From Streptosporangiaceae bacterium (GTDB lineage Bacteria > Actinomycetota > Actinomycetes > Streptosporangiales > Streptosporangiaceae), in assembly GCA_035511035.1 (NCBI GenBank), contig DATKFV010000039.1, positions 3,531-67,530 on the forward strand: a stretch of DNA of 64,000 nucleotides, in the 5' to 3' direction. Positions 44,651 to 53,565 of the stretch are shown piece by piece. Within the stretch, counting starts at the first letter, position 1; every line of letters starts with the position of its first letter. Under the pieces are notes generated by a model. The model was not told where the DNA came from. It did not search any database and saw only the letters and a program-made list of their open reading frames with translations. The position numbers and the translations under genes were made by a program.

Positions 44651-46314
44651 GCGAGGAAGAGATCACCCTGGGCGAGGCCGCCCTCGACGCGGTCAACGCC
44701 GGCATCGCGGTCGGCCGGATCGGCGCCGTGCAGGCGACGACCGCGCTGGCCACCGCGCTGGCCCGCAGCAACGACGCGGCCGGCCGGGCCAGGAACCTGA
44801 TCAGGGAGCTGGCCGAGGTCGCCGCGGGCCACTCGACCGTCGCCCCGGCCCGAGGCGACGGCCGGTTCGCCGACCCGGCCTGGCGGGAGAACCCGCTCTA
44901 CCGCCGGCTCGGCCAGGCCTACCTGGCCACCTCGCACGCGATCAACGACGCCGTCGATACCGCCGACCTGGACTGGCGCCTGGCCGCCCAGGCGAAGTTC
45001 GCCGCCGGCATCGTCACCTCAGCGCTCGCGCCGACCAACACGCTGCTCGGCAACCCGGCCGCCTGCCGCCACGCCGTGGACACCCGAGGCCTCAGCCTGG
45101 TCAACGGCGCCATGAACGTGGTCGCCGATGCGCGGGCCGGCTTGCGCACCCCGCGTCAGGTCGACACCCGCCCGTTCGTGCTCGGCGAGAACATTGGCGC
45201 GACCCCGGGCGCGGTCGTGTTCAGGAACGAGGTGCTCGAGCTCATCCAGTACACCCCGGTAACGACCTCGGTCCGCACGGTCCCGCTGCTGATCGTCTGG
45301 TCGCTGATCAACCGCTTCTACATCCTCGACCTCGCCCCGGGCCGCAGCTTCATCGAGTACGCCGTCAGCCAGGGAATCGGAGTGTTCGTCACCAGCTGGC
45401 GCAACCCGGGTAGGGAGCAAGCGGACTGGGACCTGGACACCTACGCCGCCGCCCTCGTCGAGGCGATCGGCGCGGTGCAGCAGATCTCCGGCAGCGAGCA
45501 GGTCGGCACGATGGGCCTGTGCGCGGGCGGCCAGCTCCTGGCCGCGCTGCTTGCGGTGCTCGCCGAGCGCGGCGACGAGGCCATCAAGTACGCCTGCTTC
45601 GGGGTCAGCCAGCTGGACATGTCCGTGCCGAGCCCGGCCGCGATGGCCTTCGCCAAGCCGGTGCCGGCCCTGGCCAGGGCCGGGAGCCGGGTCGCGGGCG
45701 TGGTCGACGGCCGCGACCTGGCGGCGATGTTCTCCTGGCTCCGCCCCGATGAGCTGGTGTGGAGCTACTGGGTGAACAACTACCTGATGGGCAAGAACCC
45801 TCCGGCCTTCGACATCTTGGCCTGGAACTCCGATACGACTCGGCTGCCAGGGGCTCTTCAAGGTCAACTGCTCACCATTGCTGAACAAAATTCGCTGGCT
45901 AGTCCCGGCACCCTGACCTTGCTCGGCACCAGGGTCGATCTAGGTGAGGCAAAAATCGACAGCTACGTCGTCGGCGCCGAGACCGATCACCTCGTCCCGT
46001 GGCGAGGCGCCTACCGGACTACGCAGCTACTCGGTGGCGACTCGACGTTCGTGCTGTCTGGCGGTGGCCACATCCAGCACCTGGTGAACCCGCCCGGCAA
46101 CCCCAAGGCGCGCTACCGCCTCGGCCCCGAGCCAGGTCCTTCACCGCAAGCCTGGCTGGACGCGGCGACCGAGCATCGCGGCAGCTGGTGGGCTCACTGG
46201 GCCGACTGGGTGCAGGCCAGGTCAGGCCGGCTGAAGCGAGCCAGGCGCAGCCCTGGCAGCCCTGCGTTCCCGCCGCTCGAGCCGGCCCCCGGCAGCTACG
46301 TGCGGCAGAAATGA
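44647..46314 (+). CDS. phaC: poly(3-hydroxyalkanoate) synthase (class I/II PhaC-type)
   Basis: ATGA overlap with the ligase stop. DGRFADPAWRENPLY, LLIVWSLINRFYILDL, VFVTSWRNP, lipase-box-like GTMGLCAGG. Confidence 0.85.
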   Translation: MSEEEITLGEAALDAVNAGIAVGRIGAVQATTALATALARSNDAAGRARNLIRELAEVAAGHSTVAPARGDGRFADPAWRENPLYRRLGQAYLATSHAINDAVDTADLDWRLAAQAKFAAGIVTSALAPTNTLLGNPAACRHAVDTRGLSLVNGAMNVVADARAGLRTPRQVDTRPFVLGENIGATPGAVVFRNEVLELIQYTPVTTSVRTVPLLIVWSLINRFYILDLAPGRSFIEYAVSQGIGVFVTSWRNPGREQADWDLDTYAAALVEAIGAVQQISGSEQVGTMGLCAGGQLLAALLAVLAERGDEAIKYACFGVSQLDMSVPSPAAMAFAKPVPALARAGSRVAGVVDGRDLAAMFSWLRPDELVWSYWVNNYLMGKNPPAFDILAWNSDTTRLPGALQGQLLTIAEQNSLASPGTLTLLGTRVDLGEAKIDSYVVGAETDHLVPWRGAYRTTQLLGGDSTFVLSGGGHIQHLVNPPGNPKARYRLGPEPGPSPQAWLDAATEHRGSWWAHWADWVQARSGRLKRARRSPGSPAFPPLEPAPGSYVRQK

Positions 46315-46347
46315 GGCCCGCTACGGCCAGTCAGGAACCCGGTCGCC

Positions 46348-46417
46348 GACGCTCCGATTTCGGATATTCCGAAAATGGATATTCCGAGATGGGATACTCC
46401 GATCTCGAACGGATTCG
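46348..46417. repeat. second locus of the 15-bp tandem repeat family (GATATTCCGARATNN), 3 clear units plus degenerate flanks
   Basis: GATATTCCGA at 46363 and 46378, GATACTCCGA at 46393. Degenerate units at 46348 and 46408. GATATTCCGAAAATG differs by 1 nt from GATAGTCCGAAAATG at 36125. Confidence 0.8.
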
Positions 46418-47249
46418 GCTGGTGAAGGTCGGGGAGCGCACGTTGCGGGTGGCGGTCCGGCCTGGCGCGTCGCCTAGCCCAGGTGGTTCGCCAGCGCTGC
46501 TGCTGTGCAACGGGATCGGGGCGAGCCTGGAGCTGCTGCAGCCGTTCGTTGACCGGCTTGACCGGCGGCGCGAGGTGATCAGGTTCGACCTGCCAGGCAT
46601 CGGCGGGTCGCCGGCGCCGTCGGTCCCCTATCACCTCGCGACCCTGCCAGGCCTGCTCGCCGGCTTGCTGGACGAGCTTGGGCACGACGTCGTCGACGTG
46701 CTTGGCATCTCGTGGGGCGGCGGGCTCGCGCAGCAGTTCGCCTGGCGGCAGCCGAGTCGGGTCCGGCGGCTCGTGCTGGTCGCGACCGCGACCGGTTCGC
46801 TGATGGTGCCGGCCGGGCCGCGGGTACTCGCGCACATGCTGACGCCGCGCCGGTACCGGGACCGGGACTACGCGGCCAGGGTCGCGCCGGAGATCTACGG
46901 CGGCAGCCTGCGCGAGCATCCGGAGCGAGCCAGCCTGCTGCTGCACGCGGCCGTGCCGGTCGGGCCGCTGCACGCGGCGGGACCGGTCGGGCCGCGCCGG
47001 GGCTACTACTACCAGTTGCTGGCCGGGGCTGGATGGACGAGCCTGCCCGTGCTGCCGCTGATCCGGCAGCCGACCTTGGTGCTCGCGGGCGACGACGATC
47101 CGATCATTCCCCTGGTGAACGGGCGGCTCATGGCGGCCATGATTCCCCGGGCCCATTTGCATATTTATCGAGGCGGTCACCTGGAGCTCATCGCCGAGCC
47201 GATGCGCCTGGTGCCAGCCATCGAGTCTTTTCTTGATGAGGAGCTGTGA
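46389..47249 (+). CDS. phaZ: poly(3-hydroxyalkanoate) depolymerase (PhaZ, alpha/beta hydrolase)
   Basis: VKVGERTLRVAVRPG and lipase box VLGISWGGGLAQQFA closely resemble Pseudomonas-type intracellular PhaZ. Start taken as ATG 46389 inside ORF 45999..47249; exact start uncertain. Confidence 0.8.
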   Translation: MGYSDLERIRLVKVGERTLRVAVRPGASPSPGGSPALLLCNGIGASLELLQPFVDRLDRRREVIRFDLPGIGGSPAPSVPYHLATLPGLLAGLLDELGHDVVDVLGISWGGGLAQQFAWRQPSRVRRLVLVATATGSLMVPAGPRVLAHMLTPRRYRDRDYAARVAPEIYGGSLREHPERASLLLHAAVPVGPLHAAGPVGPRRGYYYQLLAGAGWTSLPVLPLIRQPTLVLAGDDDPIIPLVNGRLMAAMIPRAHLHIYRGGHLELIAEPMRLVPAIESFLDEEL

Positions 47250-47253
47250 CGTA

Positions 47254-48441
47254 ATGACGACGACGCATCTAGGCGAGGCGCTCGGCACCGACTTCTTCTC
47301 GGTCAGGGAGCAGTTCACCGACGAGCAATGGGAGCGGTTCACGTCGGTGCGGCGGTTCGTGGACACCGAGGTGCTGCCGGTGGCCGCCGGCTACTGGGAC
47401 CGGGCCGAGATCGCCTGGGATCTCGTCCGGCGGCTGCCAGAGCTCGGCATCGTCGGGGAGGACATCGAGGGCTACGGCTGCCCGGGCATGAGCGCGCTGG
47501 CGACCGGGCTGGTCACGATGGAACTGCACCGGGGCGATGGCAGCCTGGGCGTGGTGCTCGGGGTGCACTCGGGCCTGGCCATGCGCTCGATCGCGGTGTG
47601 CGGCTCGGAGGAGCAGAAGCAGCGGTGGCTGCCGTCCATGGCCACGATGGAGCGGCTCGGCGCGTTCGCGCTCACCGAGCCTGACCATGGCTCCGACTCG
47701 GTCGCGCTGGAGACCTCGGCCCGCAGGGACGGGGACTACTGGGTGCTCAACGGCGCCAAGCGCTGGATCGGCCTCGCGTCAGTAGCCGACCTCGTGGTCG
47801 TCTGGGCCAGGGACGCCGACACCGGCCGGGTCGGGGCGTACGTGGTGGAGAAGGGCACGCCTGGGTTCACCGCGCGAGTCATCGAGGGCAAGGCCTCGCT
47901 GCGCTCGGTGTGGCAGGCCGAGATCGACCTGACCGACGTCCGGGTGCCCGAGGAGAACCGGCTACCCGAGGCCCGGTCGTTCGCCGACACCACCAAGGTG
48001 CTGGCCGCGACCAGGAGCACTTGCGCCTGGGCCGCCCTCGGCCACGCGACCGCCGCCTACGACACCGCGCTGCGCTACGCCACCGAGCGCCGCCAGTTCG
48101 GCAAGCCGCTGGCCAGCTTCCAGATCATTCAGCAGCGCCTGGTCGCGATGCTGGCCGAGCTGACGGCGATGCAGCTGTACTGCCTGCAGATCGGGCGGCT
48201 CGCCGAGGCCGGCAAGCTGACGCCGACCGTGGCTGGCCTGGCCAAGATGCACAACACCCGCAAGGCGAGGCAGGTCGTCGCCGACGCGCGGGACATGCTC
48301 GGCGGCAACGGCATCCTGCTCGACTACCACGTGATCAGGCACATGGCCGACCTGGAGGCGATCCACACGTTCGAGGGCACCGAGACGATCCAGACCTTGA
48401 TCGTGGGCCGCGACATCACCGGCATCGGCGCGTTCGCCTGA
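47254..48441 (+). CDS. acyl-CoA dehydrogenase (glutaryl-CoA dehydrogenase-like)
   Basis: GAFALTEPDHGSDS, WIGLAS, YHVIRHMADLEAIHTFEGTETIQTLIVGRDITG. ATG 47254 lies 10 nt after GAGGAG. Confidence 0.85.
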   Translation: MTTTHLGEALGTDFFSVREQFTDEQWERFTSVRRFVDTEVLPVAAGYWDRAEIAWDLVRRLPELGIVGEDIEGYGCPGMSALATGLVTMELHRGDGSLGVVLGVHSGLAMRSIAVCGSEEQKQRWLPSMATMERLGAFALTEPDHGSDSVALETSARRDGDYWVLNGAKRWIGLASVADLVVVWARDADTGRVGAYVVEKGTPGFTARVIEGKASLRSVWQAEIDLTDVRVPEENRLPEARSFADTTKVLAATRSTCAWAALGHATAAYDTALRYATERRQFGKPLASFQIIQQRLVAMLAELTAMQLYCLQIGRLAEAGKLTPTVAGLAKMHNTRKARQVVADARDMLGGNGILLDYHVIRHMADLEAIHTFEGTETIQTLIVGRDITGIGAFA

Positions 48442-48587
48442 GCGCTTTTCCTGGCACCTTGACCCGCTTGGTCCAGTGCCAATCGGCAAAGGCCGAGGTC
48501 ACGGCCGCATCGGGACGTTAGTAGCCGGTCGTGGCGGGCACAGATGATCTGTCAGTGGCACTACGAATATTCGGAACGGGGAAATAG

Positions 48588-48887
48588 ATGGCCACGGCTA
48601 AACAAAGTCAGGCAGCTAAGCGCGGGGTCAAGAAGGCGCAGCAAACAGCGTCAGGCAAGAAGACGATCGCGAACGTGCCGAAGCAGTCCAGGGTCACGAT
48701 GACCAAGCGGGGGACGTCGGCGCAGCCGAAGACCGCGCCCAAGACGGCGATCGCCCAGTCGAAGCGGACGCGCATCGCGACGCCCAAGACCAGGACCGAG
48801 CTCTACGCGATGGCGCAGAAGCGTGACCTGCCTGGGCGGTCCAAGATGGGCCGGGACGAGCTCGCCAAGGCCCTGGGCGTCCGCTAA
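48588..48887 (+). CDS. small basic protein with Rho-N/SAP-like C-terminal motif
   Basis: 99 aa, Lys/Arg/Ala/Thr-rich. ELYAMAQKRDLPGRSKMGRDELAKALG resembles Rho termination factor N-terminal-domain proteins. Confidence 0.6.
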   Translation: MATAKQSQAAKRGVKKAQQTASGKKTIANVPKQSRVTMTKRGTSAQPKTAPKTAIAQSKRTRIATPKTRTELYAMAQKRDLPGRSKMGRDELAKALGVR

Positions 48888-48930
48888 CCAGTCCGGCGCG
48901 CGTGCGATGCCCGCCGCGTTAAGTCGGCGG

Positions 48931-49140
48931 GTGCGAAGGATCATCGTCGTGATGCCGGTCTCGGTCGATGGTTTCTTCGAGGGCCCCGGGGGAGAACTCG
49001 ACTGGCAGCTCGTCGGCGAGGAATTGCACGCGCATGTCAACGAGTGGCTCGGCGCGGCCGGCGCATTCCTCGACGGTCGGATCACCTATGAGCTCATGGC
49101 GAGCTTCTGGCCGACCGCCGACGCTGACCCGTCGAGCCCT
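48931..49140 (+). pseudogene. truncated N-terminal fragment of a RibD_C/dihydrofolate-reductase-family gene
   Basis: VRRIIVVMPVSVDGFFEGPGGELDWQLVGEELHAHVNEWLGAAGAFLDGRITYELMASFWPTADADPSSP matches the family N-terminus. Downstream, the frame loses resemblance and overlaps the thiolase gene. Confidence 0.5.
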
Positions 49141-49214
49141 CGTCGAGAGTTCGCGGCCGCCGAGATCCGAACCCGGGAAGATGTCGGCGCTGCGCCTGAC
49201 TTTACGATCACTTC

Positions 49215-50819
49215 ATGTCAGATCCGGGCGACTTCGTGGCCGTTGACCCGCGCACGCCGGTGGTCGTCGGGGTCGGTCAGGTCAGCGAGCGGATCGGCGA
49301 GCCCGGTTACCAGCGTCGCTCGCCCGTCGACCTGGCCGCCGACGCGGCCAGGGCCGCGCTGGCCGACACCGGCGCAGACCCTGAGGCGGCCGCGCGAGCG
49401 ATCGACACCGTGGCCGGGGTACGCCAGTTCGAGATCTCCAGCCCCCTGGCGGTGGCCCGGCTCGGCCGGTCCGACAACTACCCCAGGTCGGTCGCGAACC
49501 GGATCGGGGCCTCGCCCGCCCGCGCGATCCTTGAGGTCACCGGCGGGCAGGCGCCGCAGCACCTGGTCAACGAGCTCGCGGCGACGATCGCCGCGGGCGG
49601 CAGCGAGGTGGCGCTGACGTTCGGCGCCGAGGCGATCTCGACCGTGCTGCACTTCGCCGGGGCCGACCCCGCCGACCGCCCCGATTTCACCGAGCACGCG
49701 GACGGCAGCCTCGAGGATCGCGGCTACGGGCTCGGCGGGCTCGCGTCCAGGTACAACGCCGCCCACGGCCTGACCGACGCGCCGACTCAGTACGCGCTGG
49801 CCGAGAACGCGCGGCGGGCCCGGCTCGGACTGTCCCCCGAGGCGTACGCCGCCGCGATGGGCGCCCTGTTCGCGCCGTTCACCGTCGTCGCGGCCGCCAA
49901 CCCGCACGCCGCCGCCCCGGTCGCGCGAGGCGCCGCCGAGCTGGTCACCCCGAGCGAGGCCAACCGGCCGATCGCCGACCCGTACACCAGGTACATCGTG
50001 GCTAGGGAGAAGGTGAACCAGGGCGCGGCCGCGCTGATCATGTCGGTCGCGGCCGCGCGGCGGCTCGGCGTGCCGGCCGACCGCTGGGTCTTCGTGCCTG
50101 GGCACGCCGACGTCGCCGAGCGCGACCTGCTCGACCGGGCCGACCTGTCGGCCAGCCCCGCCGCCGTCCTCGCCGCCCGGCACGCGCTCGACGTCGCCGG
50201 CCTCGGCGCCGCCGACCTGACCAGCCTCGACCTGTACAGTTGCTTCCCGGTCCCGGTGTTCAACATCTGCGACGGGCTCGGCCTGGCCCCCGATGACCCG
50301 CGCGGGCTGACCGTGACCGGCGGGCTGCCATTCTTCGGCGGCCCAGGCAACAACTACTCGATGCACGCCATCGCCGAGACGGTACGGCGGGCCAGGGCGG
50401 CCCCCGGCGGCTACGGGCTGGTCGGCGCCAACGGCGGCATCATGGGCAAGTACTCGGTCGGGGTCTACGCCGCGATCCCGGCGAACTGGCAGCCCGACGC
50501 GAGCGCTGAGCTCCAGGCTGAGATCGACCGCTGGCCCGCTCCTTCGCAGACCCAGGCCCCGGAAGGCTGGGCCACGATCGAGACGTGCACGGTCAAGCAC
50601 CGGCGGGACGGCACGAACACCGGCGTGGTCATCGGCCGGCTTGGCGCGGCCAGGTTCGTCGCCCGCAGCGACGACGACCCGTCGATGCTCGCCCTCCTCG
50701 GCGACGGCGAGCCGATCGGCCAGCGGGTCTACGCGCGCTCATTCGAGTTCGGCAACCGCGTCACGGTCACCCCCGCCCGGATGGACGAGCTGTTCGGGCC
50801 GTCCGGCCGCATCTGCTGA
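49215..50819 (+). CDS. thiolase-family protein (acetyl-CoA acetyltransferase-like) with C-terminal OB-fold-like extension
   Basis: 534 aa. VVVGVGQVSERI, LYSCFPVPV, GGLPFFGGPGNNYSMHAI, then a C-terminal region of about 100 aa. Confidence 0.75.
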   Translation: MSDPGDFVAVDPRTPVVVGVGQVSERIGEPGYQRRSPVDLAADAARAALADTGADPEAAARAIDTVAGVRQFEISSPLAVARLGRSDNYPRSVANRIGASPARAILEVTGGQAPQHLVNELAATIAAGGSEVALTFGAEAISTVLHFAGADPADRPDFTEHADGSLEDRGYGLGGLASRYNAAHGLTDAPTQYALAENARRARLGLSPEAYAAAMGALFAPFTVVAAANPHAAAPVARGAAELVTPSEANRPIADPYTRYIVAREKVNQGAAALIMSVAAARRLGVPADRWVFVPGHADVAERDLLDRADLSASPAAVLAARHALDVAGLGAADLTSLDLYSCFPVPVFNICDGLGLAPDDPRGLTVTGGLPFFGGPGNNYSMHAIAETVRRARAAPGGYGLVGANGGIMGKYSVGVYAAIPANWQPDASAELQAEIDRWPAPSQTQAPEGWATIETCTVKHRRDGTNTGVVIGRLGAARFVARSDDDPSMLALLGDGEPIGQRVYARSFEFGNRVTVTPARMDELFGPSGRIC

Positions 50820-50867
50820 AAGCAGATTCCCTTGGGCTAGCGGCGGCGCGTCGGTGATGGTGAAGCC

Positions 50868-51482
50868 ATGCGAAACGCACTTGACCAGACCGCGCGCGCC
50901 GGGACGCTCGATGACCAGCTCAATGCCCGGTTGCTGTATCACCGCATCGTCGTGCTCGGGTCCGAGGTCGACGACCTGGTCGCCAACCGGATCTGCGCGC
51001 AACTGCTGCTGCTTTCGGCCGAGGACCCGCGCAGCGACATCAGCCTGTACATCAACTCGCCGGGTGGCTCGGTCAGCGCGGGCCTGGCCATGTACGACAC
51101 GATGCGGCTGATCCCGAACGACGTCAGCACGCTCGCGATGGGGCTGGCCGGAAGCATGGCCCAGTTCCTGCTCTGCGCCGGCACCAAGGGCAAGCGCTAC
51201 AGCCTGCCGAACGCCCAGGTGCTGATGCACCAGGGGTCGGCCGGTTTCGGCGGCACGGCCGCCGACGTCGAGATCTACGCCGAGCAGCTGGAAAGGACGG
51301 GGGAGACGATGATCAGGCTCACCGCCGAGCACACCGGGCAGCCGGTGGAGACCGTGCGCGAGGACAGCCTGCGGGACCGCTGGTTCAGCGCGGAAGAAGC
51401 GCTCGAGTACGGGTTCATCGACCACATCGTGGAGCGGCTCGACGACATCCGGCCAGCCGCGACGACCAAGACGGGACTATAG
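50868..51482 (+). CDS. clpP: ATP-dependent Clp protease proteolytic subunit
   Basis: [65 protein letters not shown] (Ser), VLMHQGS (His). Confidence 0.9.
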   Translation: MRNALDQTARAGTLDDQLNARLLYHRIVVLGSEVDDLVANRICAQLLLLSAEDPRSDISLYINSPGGSVSAGLAMYDTMRLIPNDVSTLAMGLAGSMAQFLLCAGTKGKRYSLPNAQVLMHQGSAGFGGTAADVEIYAEQLERTGETMIRLTAEHTGQPVETVREDSLRDRWFSAEEALEYGFIDHIVERLDDIRPAATTKTGL

Positions 51483-51484
51483 CC

Positions 51485-52108
51485 ATGAGCCAGTACACGA
51501 TTCCCACCGTGGTGGAGCGGACCCCGCTCGGCGAGCGCGCCTACGACGTCTACTCCCGGCTGCTGTCAGAGCGGATCATCTTCGTCGGCACCGAGATCGA
51601 CGACGGGGTCGCCGGCGTGGTGATGGCGCAGCTGATCCACCTCGAGTCGGCCAGCCCGGACCGGGAGATCAGCCTCTACATCAACTCGCCGGGCGGCTCG
51701 TTCAGCGCGCTGACCGCGATCTACGACACCATGCAGTTCGTCCGGCCCGACGTGGCCACGATCTGCATGGGCCAGGCCTCCTCGGCAGCGGCGGTGCTGC
51801 TGGCGGCCGGGGCGCCCGGCAAGCGGGCCGTGCTGCCGCACGCCAAGGTGCTGCTGCACCAGCCGTCGAGCCAAGCCCGCGGCACCCTTCCTGACCTGGC
51901 CATCCAGGCCAAGGAAGTGGTGCGGGTACGGGCCGAGGTCGACGAGATCCTGAGCCAGCACACCGGCCACCCGGTCAGCAAGATCAGGAGCGACACCGAC
52001 AGGAACAAGACGTTCAGCGCGGTCGAGGCGGTCGAGTACGGCCTGGCCGACGAGGTGATCTCCAGCCGGAAGGGAACCGCCGCCGTCGCCGCGCTGGTCC
52101 GCGCCTGA
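51485..52108 (+). CDS. clpP: ATP-dependent Clp protease proteolytic subunit (second gene of pair)
   Basis: [73 protein letters not shown]. Confidence 0.9.
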   Translation: MSQYTIPTVVERTPLGERAYDVYSRLLSERIIFVGTEIDDGVAGVVMAQLIHLESASPDREISLYINSPGGSFSALTAIYDTMQFVRPDVATICMGQASSAAAVLLAAGAPGKRAVLPHAKVLLHQPSSQARGTLPDLAIQAKEVVRVRAEVDEILSQHTGHPVSKIRSDTDRNKTFSAVEAVEYGLADEVISSRKGTAAVAALVRA

Positions 52109-52120
52109 GCAGTTGAGCGC

Positions 52121-52528
52121 TCAGGCCGCCAGCAGGCAGGTCGGGCTGGCAGGAGGTGCCGAGCCAGCAGGCGCGGGCGGCGCGACGGCGCCGGCCGGAG
52201 AATCCGGCCTGACGGCGTCGAGCTTGATCACCCGGGCCGGCGTCACCTCGGACAGGTCGCGGCCGACCTCAGCGAGCAAGTCGGCGAGGTCGAGGCCGAG
52301 CGCGGCGCAGATCGCGGCCAGGATCTCCGATGACGCCTCCTTGCGGCCCCGCTCCAGCTCGGACAGGTACGGCAACGAGACCTTGGCGGCCCTGGCCACG
52401 TCGGCGAGGGTCCGGCCCTGCTCGAGTCGCTTGCGCCGCAGCACGTCACCGAGCATTGTCCGCAGCAGCGGCCGGGTCCGGGGCCTGCGCCTGCGCTGGC
52501 CGGGATCGAAGGCGACCGGATCAGGCAT
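52121..52528 (-). CDS. XRE-type HTH regulator, ClgR/PopR-like
   Basis: LGDVLRRKRLEQGRTLADVARAAKVSLPYLSELERGRKEASSEILAAICAALGLDLADLL matches the ClgR-family HTH and the SEiERG.KEaSSE motif. Convergent with the clpP pair. Confidence 0.75.
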   Translation of the reverse strand: MPDPVAFDPGQRRRRPRTRPLLRTMLGDVLRRKRLEQGRTLADVARAAKVSLPYLSELERGRKEASSEILAAICAALGLDLADLLAEVGRDLSEVTPARVIKLDAVRPDSPAGAVAPPAPAGSAPPASPTCLLAA

Positions 52529-52661
52529 CGGCCCTCCCAGGTTTTACGGCGAGTTGACCTAGTCCGGACGCTAGCCATGACCGGGTCGCTGGGAAAGCGG
52601 TTTCGCAGCGGGCGTAAGCCTCGGCCGGCTGGGACCAGCCGGATTGAACTGGCCTCCGCCG

Positions 52662-52693
52662 GGTAGTTCGAGCGCGCTAGGTAATTCGAGCGC
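52662..52693. promoter_or_regulatory. 14-bp direct repeat GGTA[GA]TTCGAGCGC x2 upstream of the holin-like gene, in the divergent region with the ClgR-like gene
   Basis: GGTAGTTCGAGCGC (52662-52675) and GGTAATTCGAGCGC (52680-52693), 18-bp register, 19-50 nt upstream of GTG 52712. Confidence 0.35.
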
Positions 52694-52711
52694 CGGGGCG
52701 GAGGTTGCACC

Positions 52712-53167
52712 GTGAACGACCCGAATGGCTCGCAGGTGCCAGCTAACGGCTCTGTGGCTGTGCGTGAGGCGTCGCCGGAAGGTCCAGCCAAGTCGGCCGG
52801 CGAGCTGGTCAAGGAGATCACCGAGCTGGTGCCCAGGCTCGTGCGGGACGAGGTCAAGCTCGCCCAGCTCGAACTGACCCGCAAGGGCAAGCAAGCGGGC
52901 ATCGGCGCCGGCCTGCTCGGCGGCAGCGGGCTGATCGCCCTGTACGCCGTGGGCTGCCTGCTGGCGGCCGCGATCATCGCGATCAGCGGGGTGATCTCGG
53001 CCTGGCTGGCGGCCCTGATCGTCGGGATCGCGCTGCTCGCCGTGAGCGGCATCGCTGCCCTCATCGGGGTGGGCCGGGTCAAGCGCGCGACGCCGCCGAT
53101 GCCGAAGGACGCGATCGGCAGCGTCCAGGCCGACGTCAAGGAACTCAGGGAGAAGGCACACCGATGA
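52712..53167 (+). CDS. actinobacterial holin-X / DUF1469-family membrane protein
   Basis: ELVKEITELVPRLVRDEVKLAQLELTRKGKQAGIGAGLLGGSGLIALYAVGCLLAAAIIAI. Two TM helices. Confidence 0.75.
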   Translation: MNDPNGSQVPANGSVAVREASPEGPAKSAGELVKEITELVPRLVRDEVKLAQLELTRKGKQAGIGAGLLGGSGLIALYAVGCLLAAAIIAISGVISAWLAALIVGIALLAVSGIAALIGVGRVKRATPPMPKDAIGSVQADVKELREKAHR

Positions 53168-53529
53168 GCACGAGCGGGGCGCACGAGGCGGCTCCTGGCA
53201 ACGTCGCCGACCTGACCAAGGAGATCAAGCAGACCAGGCAGGCACTCGGGGACGCGGTGCAGCAACTCACCGCCAAGACCGACGTCAAGCGCCTGGCATC
53301 CGAGCAAGCGAGCCAGCAGGCCGACCGGCTCAAGGCGGCGGCGGGCCGGGCCCGCGCGCAACTCACCGGCGTCGCCGACACCGCGAAGGGCAAGCTGCCC
53401 GACTCCGCCGGCCAAGTCCGGCAGGCAGTCGCCGACCGATCCCACCAGCGCACGGCCGCGATCGCGGCGGCCGGCGTCTTCGCGATCGTCGCGGCGGTCT
53501 TGCTGTACCAGTGGCGCTCCAGCCGCTAG
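53164..53529 (+). CDS. DUF3618-domain protein
   Basis: LTKEIKQTRQALGDAVQQLTAKTDVK plus a C-terminal TM helix. Overlaps the upstream stop. Usual partner of holin-X-type genes. Confidence 0.7.
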   Translation: MSTSGAHEAAPGNVADLTKEIKQTRQALGDAVQQLTAKTDVKRLASEQASQQADRLKAAAGRARAQLTGVADTAKGKLPDSAGQVRQAVADRSHQRTAAIAAAGVFAIVAAVLLYQWRSSR

Positions 53530-53565
53530 AGGAGCGAGTTGGCGGGGTTAGCTCGGGACGCCACG

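Noticed and set aside
48823-49617. Intact 264-aa gene
   Set aside because: Only the first 70 or so codons after GTG 48931 resemble a known family. The remainder is Arg/Pro/Ser-rich and overlaps the thiolase gene in another frame.
50820-50867. ClgR-type operator upstream of the first clpP gene
   Set aside because: I looked for a GTTCGC-N5-GCG-like box. Only vague CGC/GCG-rich sequence (GCTAGCGGCGGCGCGTC) is present, which is not convincing without a scoring matrix.
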